A stretch of DNA of 64,000 nucleotides from NCBI GenBank assembly GCA_026770705.1, contig JANJGN010000007.1:179428001-179492000 (forward strand). Direction: 5' to 3'. Below the pieces are notes generated by a model. It saw only the letters and a program-made list of their open reading frames with translations. It made no database searches and was not told the DNA's origin. This stretch comes from Isurus oxyrinchus. Lineage: Eukaryota. A program made the translations under genes and the position numbers. Of this stretch, positions 1-11,884 are shown one piece after another. Each line of letters starts with the position of its first letter. Position 1 is the first letter of the stretch.

Positions 1-1510
1 GCACGTGGTCACACCTAACCTGGCCTGAACTTAAGAGGTTGAGGGTTGTACAGATTTTCAATGAAAGGTTGAAACCTGAGACTTCACGACGTGGGTCAGT
101 GGTGTGGTTGGTGATGTTTGCAGCCAACCAGGAGATGTCCATCGAGTGGTGGGGATGTCCATCAGGGTGTGGAGTGTGTTCCAGTCAGGGTTATGGGATT
201 TCAGACGAGTGCTTGGGTATTTTTTTGTGGCAATGGAAGTGCTTTTTTAGCTGTCAGTGATGGTGTTCTTTGAGATCGATGTTTTGATGCAGACATCAGG
301 AGGCTCAATGTGTGCGAGCACAGGGAGCCACTCAAGCTGCATTGGTCTCAATGTTCCAGAAATAATTCTCATTGACCATGTTTATGTGCTGGCTCCTGAG
401 CCAGATTGAGGAGTTCCGCAGGGGTCAGTGTTGGGACCACAACTTTTCACTTCATACATTAATGATCTAGATGAAGGAACTGAGGGCATCTTGGCTAAGT
501 TTGCAGATGATACAAAGATAAGTGGAGGGACAGGTAGTATTGTGTGGAGGCGGGGAGGCTGCAGAAGGATTTGGACAGGTTAGGAGAATGGGCAAAGAAG
601 TGGCAGATGGAATATAACGTGGGGAAGTGTGAGGTCATGCACTTTGATAGGAAGAATAGAGGCATAGACTATTTTCTAAATGGGGAGAGAATTCAGAAAT
701 CTGGAGTGCAAAGGGACTTGGGAATCCTTGTCCAGGATTCTCTTAAGGTTAACTTGCAGGTTGAGTCGGTGGTTAGGAAGGCAAATGCAATGTTGGCATT
801 TATTTCCAGAGGACCAGAATATAAAAGCAGGGATGTGCTGCTGAGGCTTTATAAGGCTCTGGTCAGACCACATTTAGAATATTGTGAGCAATTTTGGGCC
901 CTGTATCTCAGGAAGGATGTGCTGGCCCTGGAGTGGGTCCAGAGGAGATTCAAGAGAATGATCCCAGGAATGAAAGGCTTAACATTTGAGGACTCTGGGT
1001 CTATACTTGATGGAGTTTAGAAGGAATAGGGGGGATCTGATTGAAACTTACAGAATACTGAAAGGCCTGGATAGAGTGGAGGTAGGGAAGATGTTTCCAT
1101 TAGTAGGAGAGCCACAGCCTCAGAGTAAAGGGAAGACCTTTTAGAACAGAGATGAGGAGAAACTTCTTTAGCCAGAGAGTGGAGAATCTATGGAATTCAT
1201 TGCCACAGAAGGCTGTGGAGGCCAGGTCATTGAGGGTATTTAAGACCGAGATAGATAGGTTCTTGGTTGGTAAGGGGATCAAAGGATAAGGGGGAGAAGA
1301 CGGGAGAATGGGGTTGAGAAACTTATCAGCCATGATTGAATGGCGGAGCAGACTCGATGGGCCGAATGGCCTAATTTCTGCTCCTATGTCTTATGGTCTT
1401 ATTGAGCAGCAGTATTCTGTTATTGGGTAGACCAGACCTAAATGATGTCTGTATCACTTGATCATTGTGGGGGACTGATGCTTGCAGCTCAGACTGTAGG
1501 CTTGTTAAAT
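1..1510 (-). mobile_element. Vingi/Ingi-like LINE, 3' part, interrupted by the CR1 at 411-1400
   Basis: Minus-strand remnants GLVYPITEYCC / IWLRSQH / MRIISGTLRPMQLEWLPVLAHIEPP / GFNLS..TTLN..SGQVRC resemble the Vingi C-terminus. Confidence 0.6.
411..1400 (+). mobile_element. CR1-clade LINE, 5'-truncated (RT C-terminus and 3' tail)
   Basis: [17 protein letters not shown] and [29 protein letters not shown] motifs; typical CR1 3' end; target-site duplication ATTGAG at 405-410 and 1401-1406. Confidence 0.92.
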
Positions 1511-4500
1511 TGGTGATGAACATCCACCTATCACCGAGACATCACAAGATCCAAAAGTCCAAGAGGAAGAAGATAAATGTCATGGACCGAAAGGAGGAAT
1601 TCCAAGTGAAGCTCAAACCAGTGTGGAAAATCTTCACACATCTAACTCAATTTCAAAACAGTTGGATCAAATAAAGTCAGCTGTACTCGACTCCTGTGCC
1701 CAGACCATTGGGTTCAAGCATTGTCGTCTCCAGGACTGGTTCGACGAAAACCATGCCGAAATGTGTGACCTGGAACAAAAAGAAGCAGCTTGCGTTGCTT
1801 AGTAGAACAACCCAAAAGGTCTCACAAGTCAAGAAGGCACCATTCCAACAGCTCAAGGCTAATGCCCAAAGACAAATCTGGAAGATAAAGGCCATGTGGA
1901 TGGGAAGAGAGAGCCTGAGAGATCCAGCTATAGGCTGACCATCATGATATGTGAAGCTTTTATGAAGCCACAAGGATCACCTATAGACCAATGTCAAATG
2001 GACAAAATCCCCATCGCTCATAGGATAGTGTTTCTCTTCTCAAGGTTAAAAATGTCATCCATCAACATTGGAAAGAACATTTGGAGTATCTCCTCAACTG
2101 TGAATCCACAGTGGCAGCTTCCCCCAGTACCCTGGGAAATACCTTGATTGTTTCCACAGCATGATTCATCTCCTCTCCTGAAGATAGTTACAACTGTCAC
2201 AGTCCTGAGTCATGGAGACAGAATCTTTGGATGAACCACCATCAATGAGAGAGCTGCAAAAAGCAATCAAGAGGATGAAAAGTATAGAATCGATGGTATT
2301 CCAGCTGAGGTCTTCAAAGCTTATTCTCACATTGAGATTCCACGCACTCATCCTATGGATTTGGGAGGAAAAAGAACTCCCTGTCCCCATGACTCAGGAC
2401 TGTGACAACTGTAACTATCTTCAGGAAAGGAGATGAATCATGCTGTGGAAACGATCGAGGTATTTCCCTCGTGTCCATGCAGGGAAAATCCTGACATGCA
2501 CTCCTGAATCCTAAATGTCTTGTGGCTGAGGAAATCCTCCCAGATACAGTGTGGCTTTAGACCTTCCACAGGAACCTTTGATTCAGTCCATATAGCCAGA
2601 AATCCTAGAGAGATGTCAAGAACACCACCAGGATCTCTTCATTGCATTTATTGACCTGATGACATTTAATTTGCAAGGCTCTGTGGATTGTGCTCCAAAG
2701 GTTTAGATGTTCATGAAACTTCATCATAATTCTGCACCTGCTTCATGATTTTTTAAAAAAATGTGTTCATGTGATGTGGGCATTGCTGGTTAGGCCAGTA
2801 TTTATTGCCCATCGCTAATTGTCCTGGAGAAGATGGTGAACAGCCGCCTTGAATTGCGGCTGTCTGTGGTGTAGGTATGCCCACAGTGGTGTTAGCGAGG
2901 GAGTTGCAGGATTTTGACCCAGTGACAGTGAAGAAAACGATATATTTCCAAATCAGGATGTTGTGTGGCTTGTAGGGGAACTTCCAGGTAGTGGTGTTCC
3001 CATGTGTCTGCTGCCCTTGTCCTTCTAGATTGGAGTGGTTGTGGGTTTGGAAAGTGCTATCTTAAGATGGCTTGGTGAGTTCCTGCATTGCATCTTGTAG
3101 GTGATGCACACTACTGCCACTGTACATTGGTGGTGGAGGGAGTGAATGTTTGTGGATGTTGTGCCATTTAAGTGGACTGCTTTGTCCTGGTTGGTGTCAA
3201 GCTTCTTGAGTGTTGTTGGAGCTTCACTCATCCAGGCAAGTGGGGAGTATTCCATTGCACTCCTGACTTGTGTTATGTAGATGGTTGTCAGGCTTTGGGG
3301 AGTCAGGAGGTGAGTTACTTGCTACAGAATTCCTAGACTCTGACCTGCTCTTGGAGCCACAGTATTTATGTGGCTAGTCCAGTTCCGTTTCTGGCCAGTG
3401 GTAACCCCCCCAGGATGTTGATAGTGGGGATTCAGAGATGGTAATGCCATTAAAGGTCAAGTTGCAATGGCTAGATTCTCTCTTATCGGAGATGGTCATT
3501 GGCTGGTACTTGTATGGTGTAAATGTTATTTGCCACTTGCCAGCTCAAGCCTGGATATTGTCCAGGTCTTGCTGCATTTGGACATGGACAGCCTCAGCAT
3601 TTGATGAATTGCGAATGGTGCTGAACACTGTGCAAGCATTAGCGAACATATCCACTCTGACCTTATGATGGAAGGAAAGTAATTGATGAAGCAGCTGAAG
3701 ATGGTTGGGCCAAGGACACTACCCTGAGGAACACTTGCAGTGATGCCCTGGAACTGAGATGATTGAACTCCAACAACCACAATCATCATTTTTTGTGCTA
3801 GGTATGACTCCAACCAACAGAGAGTTTTCCCCCTGATTCCCAGTTTTGCTAGGGTTCCTTGATGCCATGCTCAGTCAAATGTTGCCTTGATGTCAAGGGC
3901 AGTCACTCTCACCTCACCTCTGGAATTCAGCTCTTTTGTCCATGTTTGAACCAAGGCTGTAAGGAGGTCAGGAGCTGAGTGGCACTGGCAAAACCTAAAC
4001 TGAGCATCAGTGAGCTTGAAAGCACTATTGATGACCCCTTCCATCACCTTACTGATGATCGAGAGTAGACTGATGGGGTGGCAATTGGCTGAGTTAGATT
4101 TGTTCTGCTTTTTGTGTACAGGATATACCTGGGCAATTTTCCATATAGCCGGATCGTTGCCAGTGTTGTAGTTGCACTGGAACAGCTTGGCTAGGGACAC
4201 AGCAAGCTCTGGAGCACAAGTGTTCAGTTCTGTTGCTGGAATATTGTCAGGGCCCATAGCTTTTGCAGTATCCAGTGCCTTCAGCCATTTCTTGACATCA
4301 CGCAGAGTGAATTGAATTGGTACTTGTGATGCTGGGAACCTCCGGAGGAGGCCGAGATGGATTATCTACTCGGCACTATTGGCTGAAGATGGTTGCAAAT
4401 GCTTCAGCCTTGCCTTGTGTACTGATGTGCTGGGCTCCCCCCATCATTGAGGATGGGGATATTTGTAGAGCTGCCTTCACCAGATTTTTGTTTAATCGTC

Positions 4501-6530
4501 ATGATTGAAATTGTTCCATCTATCACTTGCTAATTATACTGTTTTACACTCAAGTAGTCCTGTGTTGTATCTTCAGGTTGACACCTCATTTTTAGATATG
4601 CCTGATGCTGCTCCTGGTATGCCCTCCTGCACTCTTAACCAGGGTTGATCCCTGGTTTGGACATAATGGTAAAGTGGGTTACATGCCGGGCCATAAGGTG
4701 ACAGATTGTGGTTGAGTACAGTTCTGCTGATGGCCCACAGCACCTCATGGTTGCCCAGTGTTGAGTTGCTAGATCTGTTTGGAGTCTGTGCTACTTAGCA
4801 TTGTGGCAGTGCCACACAACATGATGGAGGGTATCCTCAATGTGAAGGTGGAACTTCGTCTCCACAAGGAATGTGCAGTGGTCACTCCTACTGACAGTTA
4901 CGGATAGGTGCATCTGTTGCAGGCAGGTTGGTTAGGATGAGGTCAAGTGTGTTTTTCCCTCCTGTTGGATCCTGCACCACCTGCTGCAGACCTAGTCTGG
5001 CAGCTATTTTAGCCAGTTCAGTCTCTCATGGTGCTGCCAAGCCACTCTTGGTGGCCCCCACCCAGAGGACATTTTGAGTCCTTGCAACCCTCATCACATC
5101 CTCCAAGTGCTGTTCAATGTGGAGACTGATTCATCAGCTGAGCGGTATGCTAAGTGGTAGTTACCAGGAGACTTCCTTGTTCATGTTTGATCTGACGCCC
5201 TGAGACTTCATGGGGTCCGGGGTCGATGTTGAGGACTGTATACCACTGTTCCGCCACCTTTGCTTGGTCTGTCCTACTAGTGGGAGGGAATGGTGGTTTC
5301 TGGGACATTGTCTATAAGGTATGATTCCGTGAGGATGAATATGTCAGGCTGTTGCTTGACTAGACTGAGAGACACCTCTCCCAATTTTGGCACTAGCCCC
5401 CCAGGCAAGGAGAATTTTGGAGGGTTGAGAGGGCTGAGTTTGCCGCTGTTGTTGTTGTTTCTGGTGCCTTGGTCGATGTCGTGTGGTCTGTCCGTTTCTT
5501 TCGGACTTGGCAATGGTTTGATACAACTGAGTGGTTTGCTTGGCCAATTCAGAGGGCATTTAAAAGACAAATGTAGGCCAGACCAGGTAAAGACTGCAGA
5601 TTTCCCTCCCTAAAGGACATTAATGAACCAGATGGGTTTTCATGACACTCGACAGTCGTTTTGTGGTCATCATTCGACTTTTAATTCCAGGTTTTTATTG
5701 GTTTCAAATTTCACCACCTGATGTGGTGGGATTCGAACCATGTTCCCAGAGCATTATTCTCGGTCTCTGGATTACTGGTCCAGTGACAATACCACTATGC
5801 CATTACCTCCCCTAAATGATATTCTGACTGCAACAGTCTCAAGTGGGAGGTCTGAAACAGATGCCGTCAAAATCCAGACCGATGTCGAGCAATACTGTGT
5901 GATCGCCTCCATACTATTCACAATCTACCTGACAGTGGCTACTCACCTCATCAAAGATAATTGTACTTCTGTGTGAATATCAACACTACCTAGATGGAAA
6001 ACCCTTTAACCTCTGTCCGAAAACTAAACTGCTGACTATAGAAATAAATAATCTAAGGTTTGCAGATGACTGCAGTGTCATTGTCCACTCTCTAGCAGAT
6101 TTGCAAGCCACTCTATCTCTTAAATTCTGCCTACAAGAGGCTTGGCTTGTCCTTGAATATTTCCAAAACAAAACTCATTAACCACACCTGGTCAGCCAAA
6201 TATTTAACCTTGCATATATGTTGAAGGAGAGACTCTGGAATATGTTGAGACCTCCCATACCTTTGCAGGTACCTCTCTCAAAAGGCTACAGTTGACGAGG
6301 TGATGCAACACTGGATCAACTGCACCAGCTAAGACTTCTATAAATAATGGCAGAGAGCCCGAGTGTGAAGAGCAGTTGTCATCATCACTTTCCTGTACTA
6401 CAGTGAGACCTGGACTGTGTATCAATGACACAAAAACACTTGAGAAATTCCATCAGCAATGCCTCTGCTGCATCCTTTGGATTCAGTGGGAGGACTGTTG
6501 AACAAATGTTTGTCCTTAGACTCAGACATT
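1510..6530 (+). mobile_element. Decayed RTE-clade LINE, split by the LINE inserted at 2750-5815
   Basis: RTE-like remnants (DWFDEN, FIDL, LLHD|ILTATV across the insertion, FADD, SETWTVY, ILWIQW). Confidence 0.7.
2750..5815 (-). mobile_element. Full-length single-ORF CR1-group (Crack/L2-like) LINE with a tRNA-derived 5' head
   Basis: The minus strand starts GGGGAGGTAATGGCATAGTGG...GGTTCGAATCCC, followed by APE (QQPDIFILTESYL), RT ([29 protein letters not shown]) and an A-rich tail. TSD ATGAT at 2745-2749 and 5816-5820. Confidence 0.88.
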
Positions 6531-6539
6531 TACAGCACA

Positions 6540-8275
6540 ATTGGCTCATCGTGTCCGGAATGGTCTACAAAGATCTGACTACGCTGATCCCATTTTCCAG
6601 CGCTTGGCCCATAGTCCTGGAGGCTATGGTAACACGAGTGAATATCTAAATACTACTTAAATGTTACAAGGGTTTGTGACTCAACCACCCTTTCAAGCGG
6701 TGAGTTCCAGACTCCCATCACCCTCTGGGTGAAAACATTTCTCTTCAAATCTACTCTTATCCTTCCACCTCTTATCTTAAATCTCTGCCCACTCTTTATT
6801 GACCCCTCTACTAATAGAAAAAGTGCATTCCAATCCACCCTATCTATGCCCCTCATAATTTTATACAATTTATCAGGTCCCCTCTCAACCTTCGCTGCTC
6901 CAAGGAAAACAGCCCCAGCCTATCCAATCTTTCCTCATAGCTCAGACCCTCCAGCCCAGACAGGATCCTGGTAAATCTCCTCTGCACCCTCTCTAGTGCA
7001 ATCACATCCTTCCCATAATGTGGTGACCAGAACTGCACGCAATACTCCAATTGTGACCTAACCAGCTTTTTATGCAGTAACATCATAATCTTCCCACTCA
7101 GCTAATAAAGGCAAGTATCCCATATGCCTTCTTAACCACCTTATCTACCAGCCCTGCTACCTTCAGTGATCTGTGGATATGCAGACCAAAGTCCCTCTGA
7201 TCTTCAGTACTTTCCAGGGCCCTACCAATCATTGTGTAATCCCTTGCCTCGTTAACCTTCCCCAAGTGCGTAACCTCACACTTTTCCGGGTTGAATTCCA
7301 TTTGCCACTGCTCTGCCCACCTTACCAGTCTATTGCTATCCTCCTGTAGTATACGGCTATCCTCCTCACTATTTATCACCCTACCACTTTTTGTGTCACC
7401 CGTGAACTTCTTAATCATACCCCCTACATTTAAGTCCTAATCATTTATGTACACCACAGACAGCAAGGGCCCCAGCACCGAGCCCTGTGGAACCCCACTA
7501 GAAACAGACTTCCAATCACAGAAACATCTCTCTGCCGTCGCCCTCCGCTTTCTGCCTCTCAGCCATTTTTGGATCCAACATGCCACTTTGCCTTGGATCC
7601 CCTGGGCTCTTACTTTCTTGACCAGTCTGCCATGAGGGACCTTATCAGAAGCCTTGCTAAAGTCCATGTAGACCACATCAAATGCATTATCCTCATCAAC
7701 ACTCCTCGTTCCTCAAAAAATTCGATCATATTTGTCAAACACGACTTTCCCTTATCAAACCCATGCTGACGATCTCTGATTAATCCATGTCTCTAAAAGT
7801 GCAGATATATTCCGTCCTTCAGAATTTTTTCTAGTAGCTTCCCCACTACCAAGGTTAGACTGACTGGCCTGTAATTTCCTGGCCTATCCCTTCCTCCCTT
7901 TTTGAATAATGGGATGACATTAGCAGTCCTCTGGCATCTCACCTGTGGCCAGAGAGGATTTGAAAATTACTGCCAGGGCCCCTGATATTTCTTCCCTTGC
8001 CTCCCTCAACAGCCATCCCGTCCGGGCCTGTAGATTTATCCAATTTTAAGGCTGCTAAACCCGCTAATATCTCCTCTCTCTCTCTATGTAACTTCCTCTA
8101 ATATTTCACAGTCCTCCACCCTGATGTCTATACCTGCGTTGACTTTTTCCATTGTGAAGACCGACTGAAAGTACATTCAGTACTGACCCACGTCTTCCGG
8201 GCCCACACACATTACCTCTATGGTTCCTAATTGGCCCTACTCTTTTCTTAGTTATTCCCTTGCTTTTTATATATT
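6540..8275 (-). mobile_element. CR1-clade LINE, 3' half
   Basis: [41 protein letters not shown] and [11 protein letters not shown] remnants. Confidence 0.9.
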
Positions 8276-8280
8276 TAAAT

Positions 8281-11200
8281 GGGGAGGTGATGGCGTAGTG
8301 GTATTATTGCTGGATTAGTAATCCAGAGACCCAAGGTAATGCTCTGGGGACCCAGGTTCCCACCTTGGTGGGGTTCAATAAAAATCTGTAATTAAAGGTC
8401 TAATGATGACCATGAAACCATTGCTGATTGTTGTAAAAACCCATCTGGTTCACTAATATCGTTTAGGGAAGGAAACCTGTCGCCTACATGTGACTCCAGA
8501 CCTACAGCAATGTGGTTGACTCTTAAATGCCCTCTGAAATGGCCTAGCAAGCCACTCAGTTGTAACAAACCGCTACAAAGGCACAAAAAGGGAATGAAAG
8601 CAGATGGACCACGCAACATCAACATAGGCACTGAAACGACAAAGGCAATCGCAGCCCTGTTGAGAGACCTCCTTACTAACATCAGGGGGCTAGTGCCAAA
8701 ATTGGGAGAGCTGTCTCACAGACTAGTCAAGCAACAGCCTGACATAGTCATCCTCATGGAATCATACCTCACAGATAATGTCCCAGACTCCTCCACCACC
8801 ACCCCTGGGTATGTCCTGTCCCACCGGCAGGACAGACCCAGCAGAGGCAACGGCACAGTGGAATACAGTTGGGAGGGAGTTGCCCTGGGAAACACCAACA
8901 TCGATTCCGGACCCTGTGAACTCTCATGCCATCAGATCAAACATGGTAAGGAAACCTTCGGCTGAGTACCACGTACTGCCCTCCCTCAGCTGAAGAATCA
9001 GTACTCCTCCATGTTGAACATCACTCGGAGGAAGCATGGAAGGTGGCTAGGACGCAGAATGCACTCTGGGTGGAGGACTTCAATGTCCATCACCAAAAGT
9101 GGCTCGGTAGCACCACTATAGACTGAGCTGGCCAAGTTCTAAAGGATTTGGCTGCTACACTGGGTCTGCAGCAGCTGGTGAGGGAACCCCCCTTCCCCAA
9201 TTAGGAACCATAGAGGTAATGTGTGTGGGCCCGGAAGACGTGGGTCAGTCCTGAATGTACTTTCAGTCGGTCTTCACATTGGAAAGGGACAACGCATGTA
9301 TAGGCATCAGGGTGGAGGACTGTGAAATATTAGAGGAAGTTACATAGAGAGAGAGGAGGTATTAGCAGGTTTAGCAGCCTTAAAATTGGAAAAATCTACA
9401 GGCCCGGATGGGATGGCTGTTGAGGGAGGCAAGGGGAGAAATATCAGGGGCCTTGACAGTAATTTTCAAATCCTTGAACATACTTGACCTCACCCTCACC
9501 AACCTGCCTGCTGCAGATGCATCTGTCCATGACAGTATTGGTACGAGTGACCACTGCACCATTATTGTGGAGATGAAGTCCTTCCTTCACATTGAGGGTT
9601 CCCTCCGTTGTGTTGTGTGGCACTACCACCATGCTAAATGGAATAGATTTCAAACAGATCTAGCAACTCAAGTCTGGGCATCCATGAGTTGCAGTGGGCC
9701 ATCAGCAGCAGCAGAATACCACTCAAACACAATCTGTAACCTCATGGCCCGGCATATCCCCCTCTCTACCATTACCATCAAGCTAGGGAATCAACCCTGG
9801 TTCAATGAAGAGTGCAGGAGGTCATGCCAGGAGCAGCACCAGGCTTACCTAAAAATTAGGTGTCAACCTGGTGAAGCTATAATACAGGGCCAAACAGCAT
9901 AAGCAGTAAATGATAGACCGAGCTAAGCGATCCCACAACCAACAGATCAGATCTAAGCTCTGCAGTCCTGCCACATCCAGCTGTGAATGGTGATGGACTA
10001 CTAAACTCACTGGAGGAGGAGACTCGACAAATATCCCCATCCTCAATGATGGGGGAGCCCAGCACATCAGTGCAAAAGATAAAGCTGAAGAATTTGCAAC
10101 AATCTTCAGCCAGAAGTGCCGAGTGGATGATCCATCTTGGCTTCCTACAGAGTTCCCCAGCATCACAGATGCCAGTCTTCAGCCAATTCGATTTATTCCA
10201 TGTGATATCAAGAAACGGCTGAAAGCACTGGATACTGCAAAGGCGATGGGCCCTGACAATATTCCAGCAATTGTACTGAAGACTTGTGCTCCAGAACTTG
10301 CTGCACCCTTAGCCAAGCTGTTCCAGTACAGGCATCTACTCAGCTATGTGGAAAATTGCCCAGGTATGTCCTGAACACAAAAAGCAGGACAAATCCAACC
10401 CGGCCAGTTACTGGCCCATCAGTCTACTCTCCATCATCAGTAAAGTAATGGAAGGGGTCATCAGCAGTGCTATCAATTGACACTTGCTTAGCAATAAAAA
10501 CCCAGTTTGGGTTTTGCTGGGGCCATTCAGCTCCTGACCTCATTACAGGCTTGGTTCAAACATGGACGAAAGAGTTGAACTCCTGAGCTGAGGTGAGGGT
10601 GACTGCCCTTGACAGACATAAAGGCAACTTCTGACTGAGTGTGGCATCAAGAAGCCCTAGCAAAACTGGAGTCAATGGGAATCGGGGGAAACTGTCAGCT
10701 GGTTGGAGCCATACCTAGCACAAAGGAAGATGTGGTTGTTGGAGGTCAGTCACCTCAGCTCCAGGACGTTCCTCAGGATAGTACCCTCAGCCCAACTATC
10801 TTAAGCTGCTTCCTCAATGACCTTTCTTCCATCATAAAATCAGAAGTGGGGTTGTTTGCTGCTGATTGTGCAATGTTCACCATTCGCGACTCCTCAGATG
10901 CTGAAGCAGTCCATGTCCAAATGCAGCAAGATCTAGACAATATCCAGTTTGGGCTGACAAGTGGCAAGTAACATTTGCACCACACAAATGCCAGGCAATG
11001 ACCATCTCCAACAAGAGAGAATCCAACCATCACCCCATGACATTAAATGGCATTACCATCACTGAATCCTCCACTATCAACATCCTGGGGGTTGCCACTG
11101 GCCAGAAACTGAATTGGACGAGCCACATAAATACTGTGGCTATAAGAGCAGATCAGATGCTAGGAATCCTGCAGCGAGTAACTCACCTCCTGACTCCCCA

Positions 11201-11740
11201 AAGCCTGTCTACCATCTACAAGGCACAAGTTAGGAATGTGATGAAAACTCCTCATTTGCTTGGATGAGTGCAGCTCCCACAACACTTAAGAAGCTTGACA
11301 GTGTCCAGGACAAAACAGCCCGCTTGATTGGCACCACATCCACGAACATTCAGTCCCTCCACCACTGACGCACAGTAGCGGCAGTGTGCACCATCCTCAA
11401 GATGCACTGCAGGAATTCACGAAGGCTCCTTCGACAACACTTTTAAAACCCACAACCCCTACCATCTAGAAGGATAAGGGCAGCAGAGGTTCCCCTCCAA
11501 ATCACTTGGAAGTTGCACTCCAAGTCACTTACCATCCTGACTTAGAAATGTGTAGCTGTTCCTTAACTGTTGCTGAGTCAAAATCCTGGAACTCCCTCCC
11601 TAACAGCACTGTGGGTGTACCTACACTGCAGCGTTTCAAGAAGGCAGCTCACCTCCACCTTGTCAAGGGTAACTCTGGAAGGGCAATAAATGCTGCCCCA
11701 GCCAGCAGAGCCCACACCCTGTGAATGAATAAAAAAAAAA
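8281..11740 (+). mobile_element. Full-length single-ORF CR1-group (Crack/L2-like) LINE with a tRNA-derived 5' head, second copy
   Basis: Starts GGGGAGGTGATGGCGTAGTGG...CTGGATTAGTAATCCAG. APE (TNIRGLVPKLGEL..QQPDIVILMESYL, DFN, SDH), RT and C-terminal region follow. Ends CACACCCTGTGAATGAATAAAAAAAAAAA. Confidence 0.9.
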
Positions 11741-11880
11741 GATTGGGCACTTTTTAGGACTGAAAGTGCAGCCTTAGGCCCATTCATGAGTGTGAGTGAT
11801 ATACAGTGAGCAATGATGTGATCAGGGTAGCCATTATCCCGCAGGATGGCTTTGATGCGCCCTACTTCAGCTTCAGGCTT
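11741..11880 (-). mobile_element. Penelope-like element fragment (RT C-terminal region)
   Basis: The minus strand translates AEVGRIKAILRDNGYPDHII, the L..NGYP motif found in PLE reverse transcriptases. Confidence 0.6.
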
Positions 11881-11884
11881 GCAT

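Noticed and set aside
8281-8370. Functional tRNA gene at the LINE and SINE heads
   Set aside because: There is no proper acceptor stem, an extra segment separates the anticodon arm from the B box, and the head is always attached to repeat body sequence.
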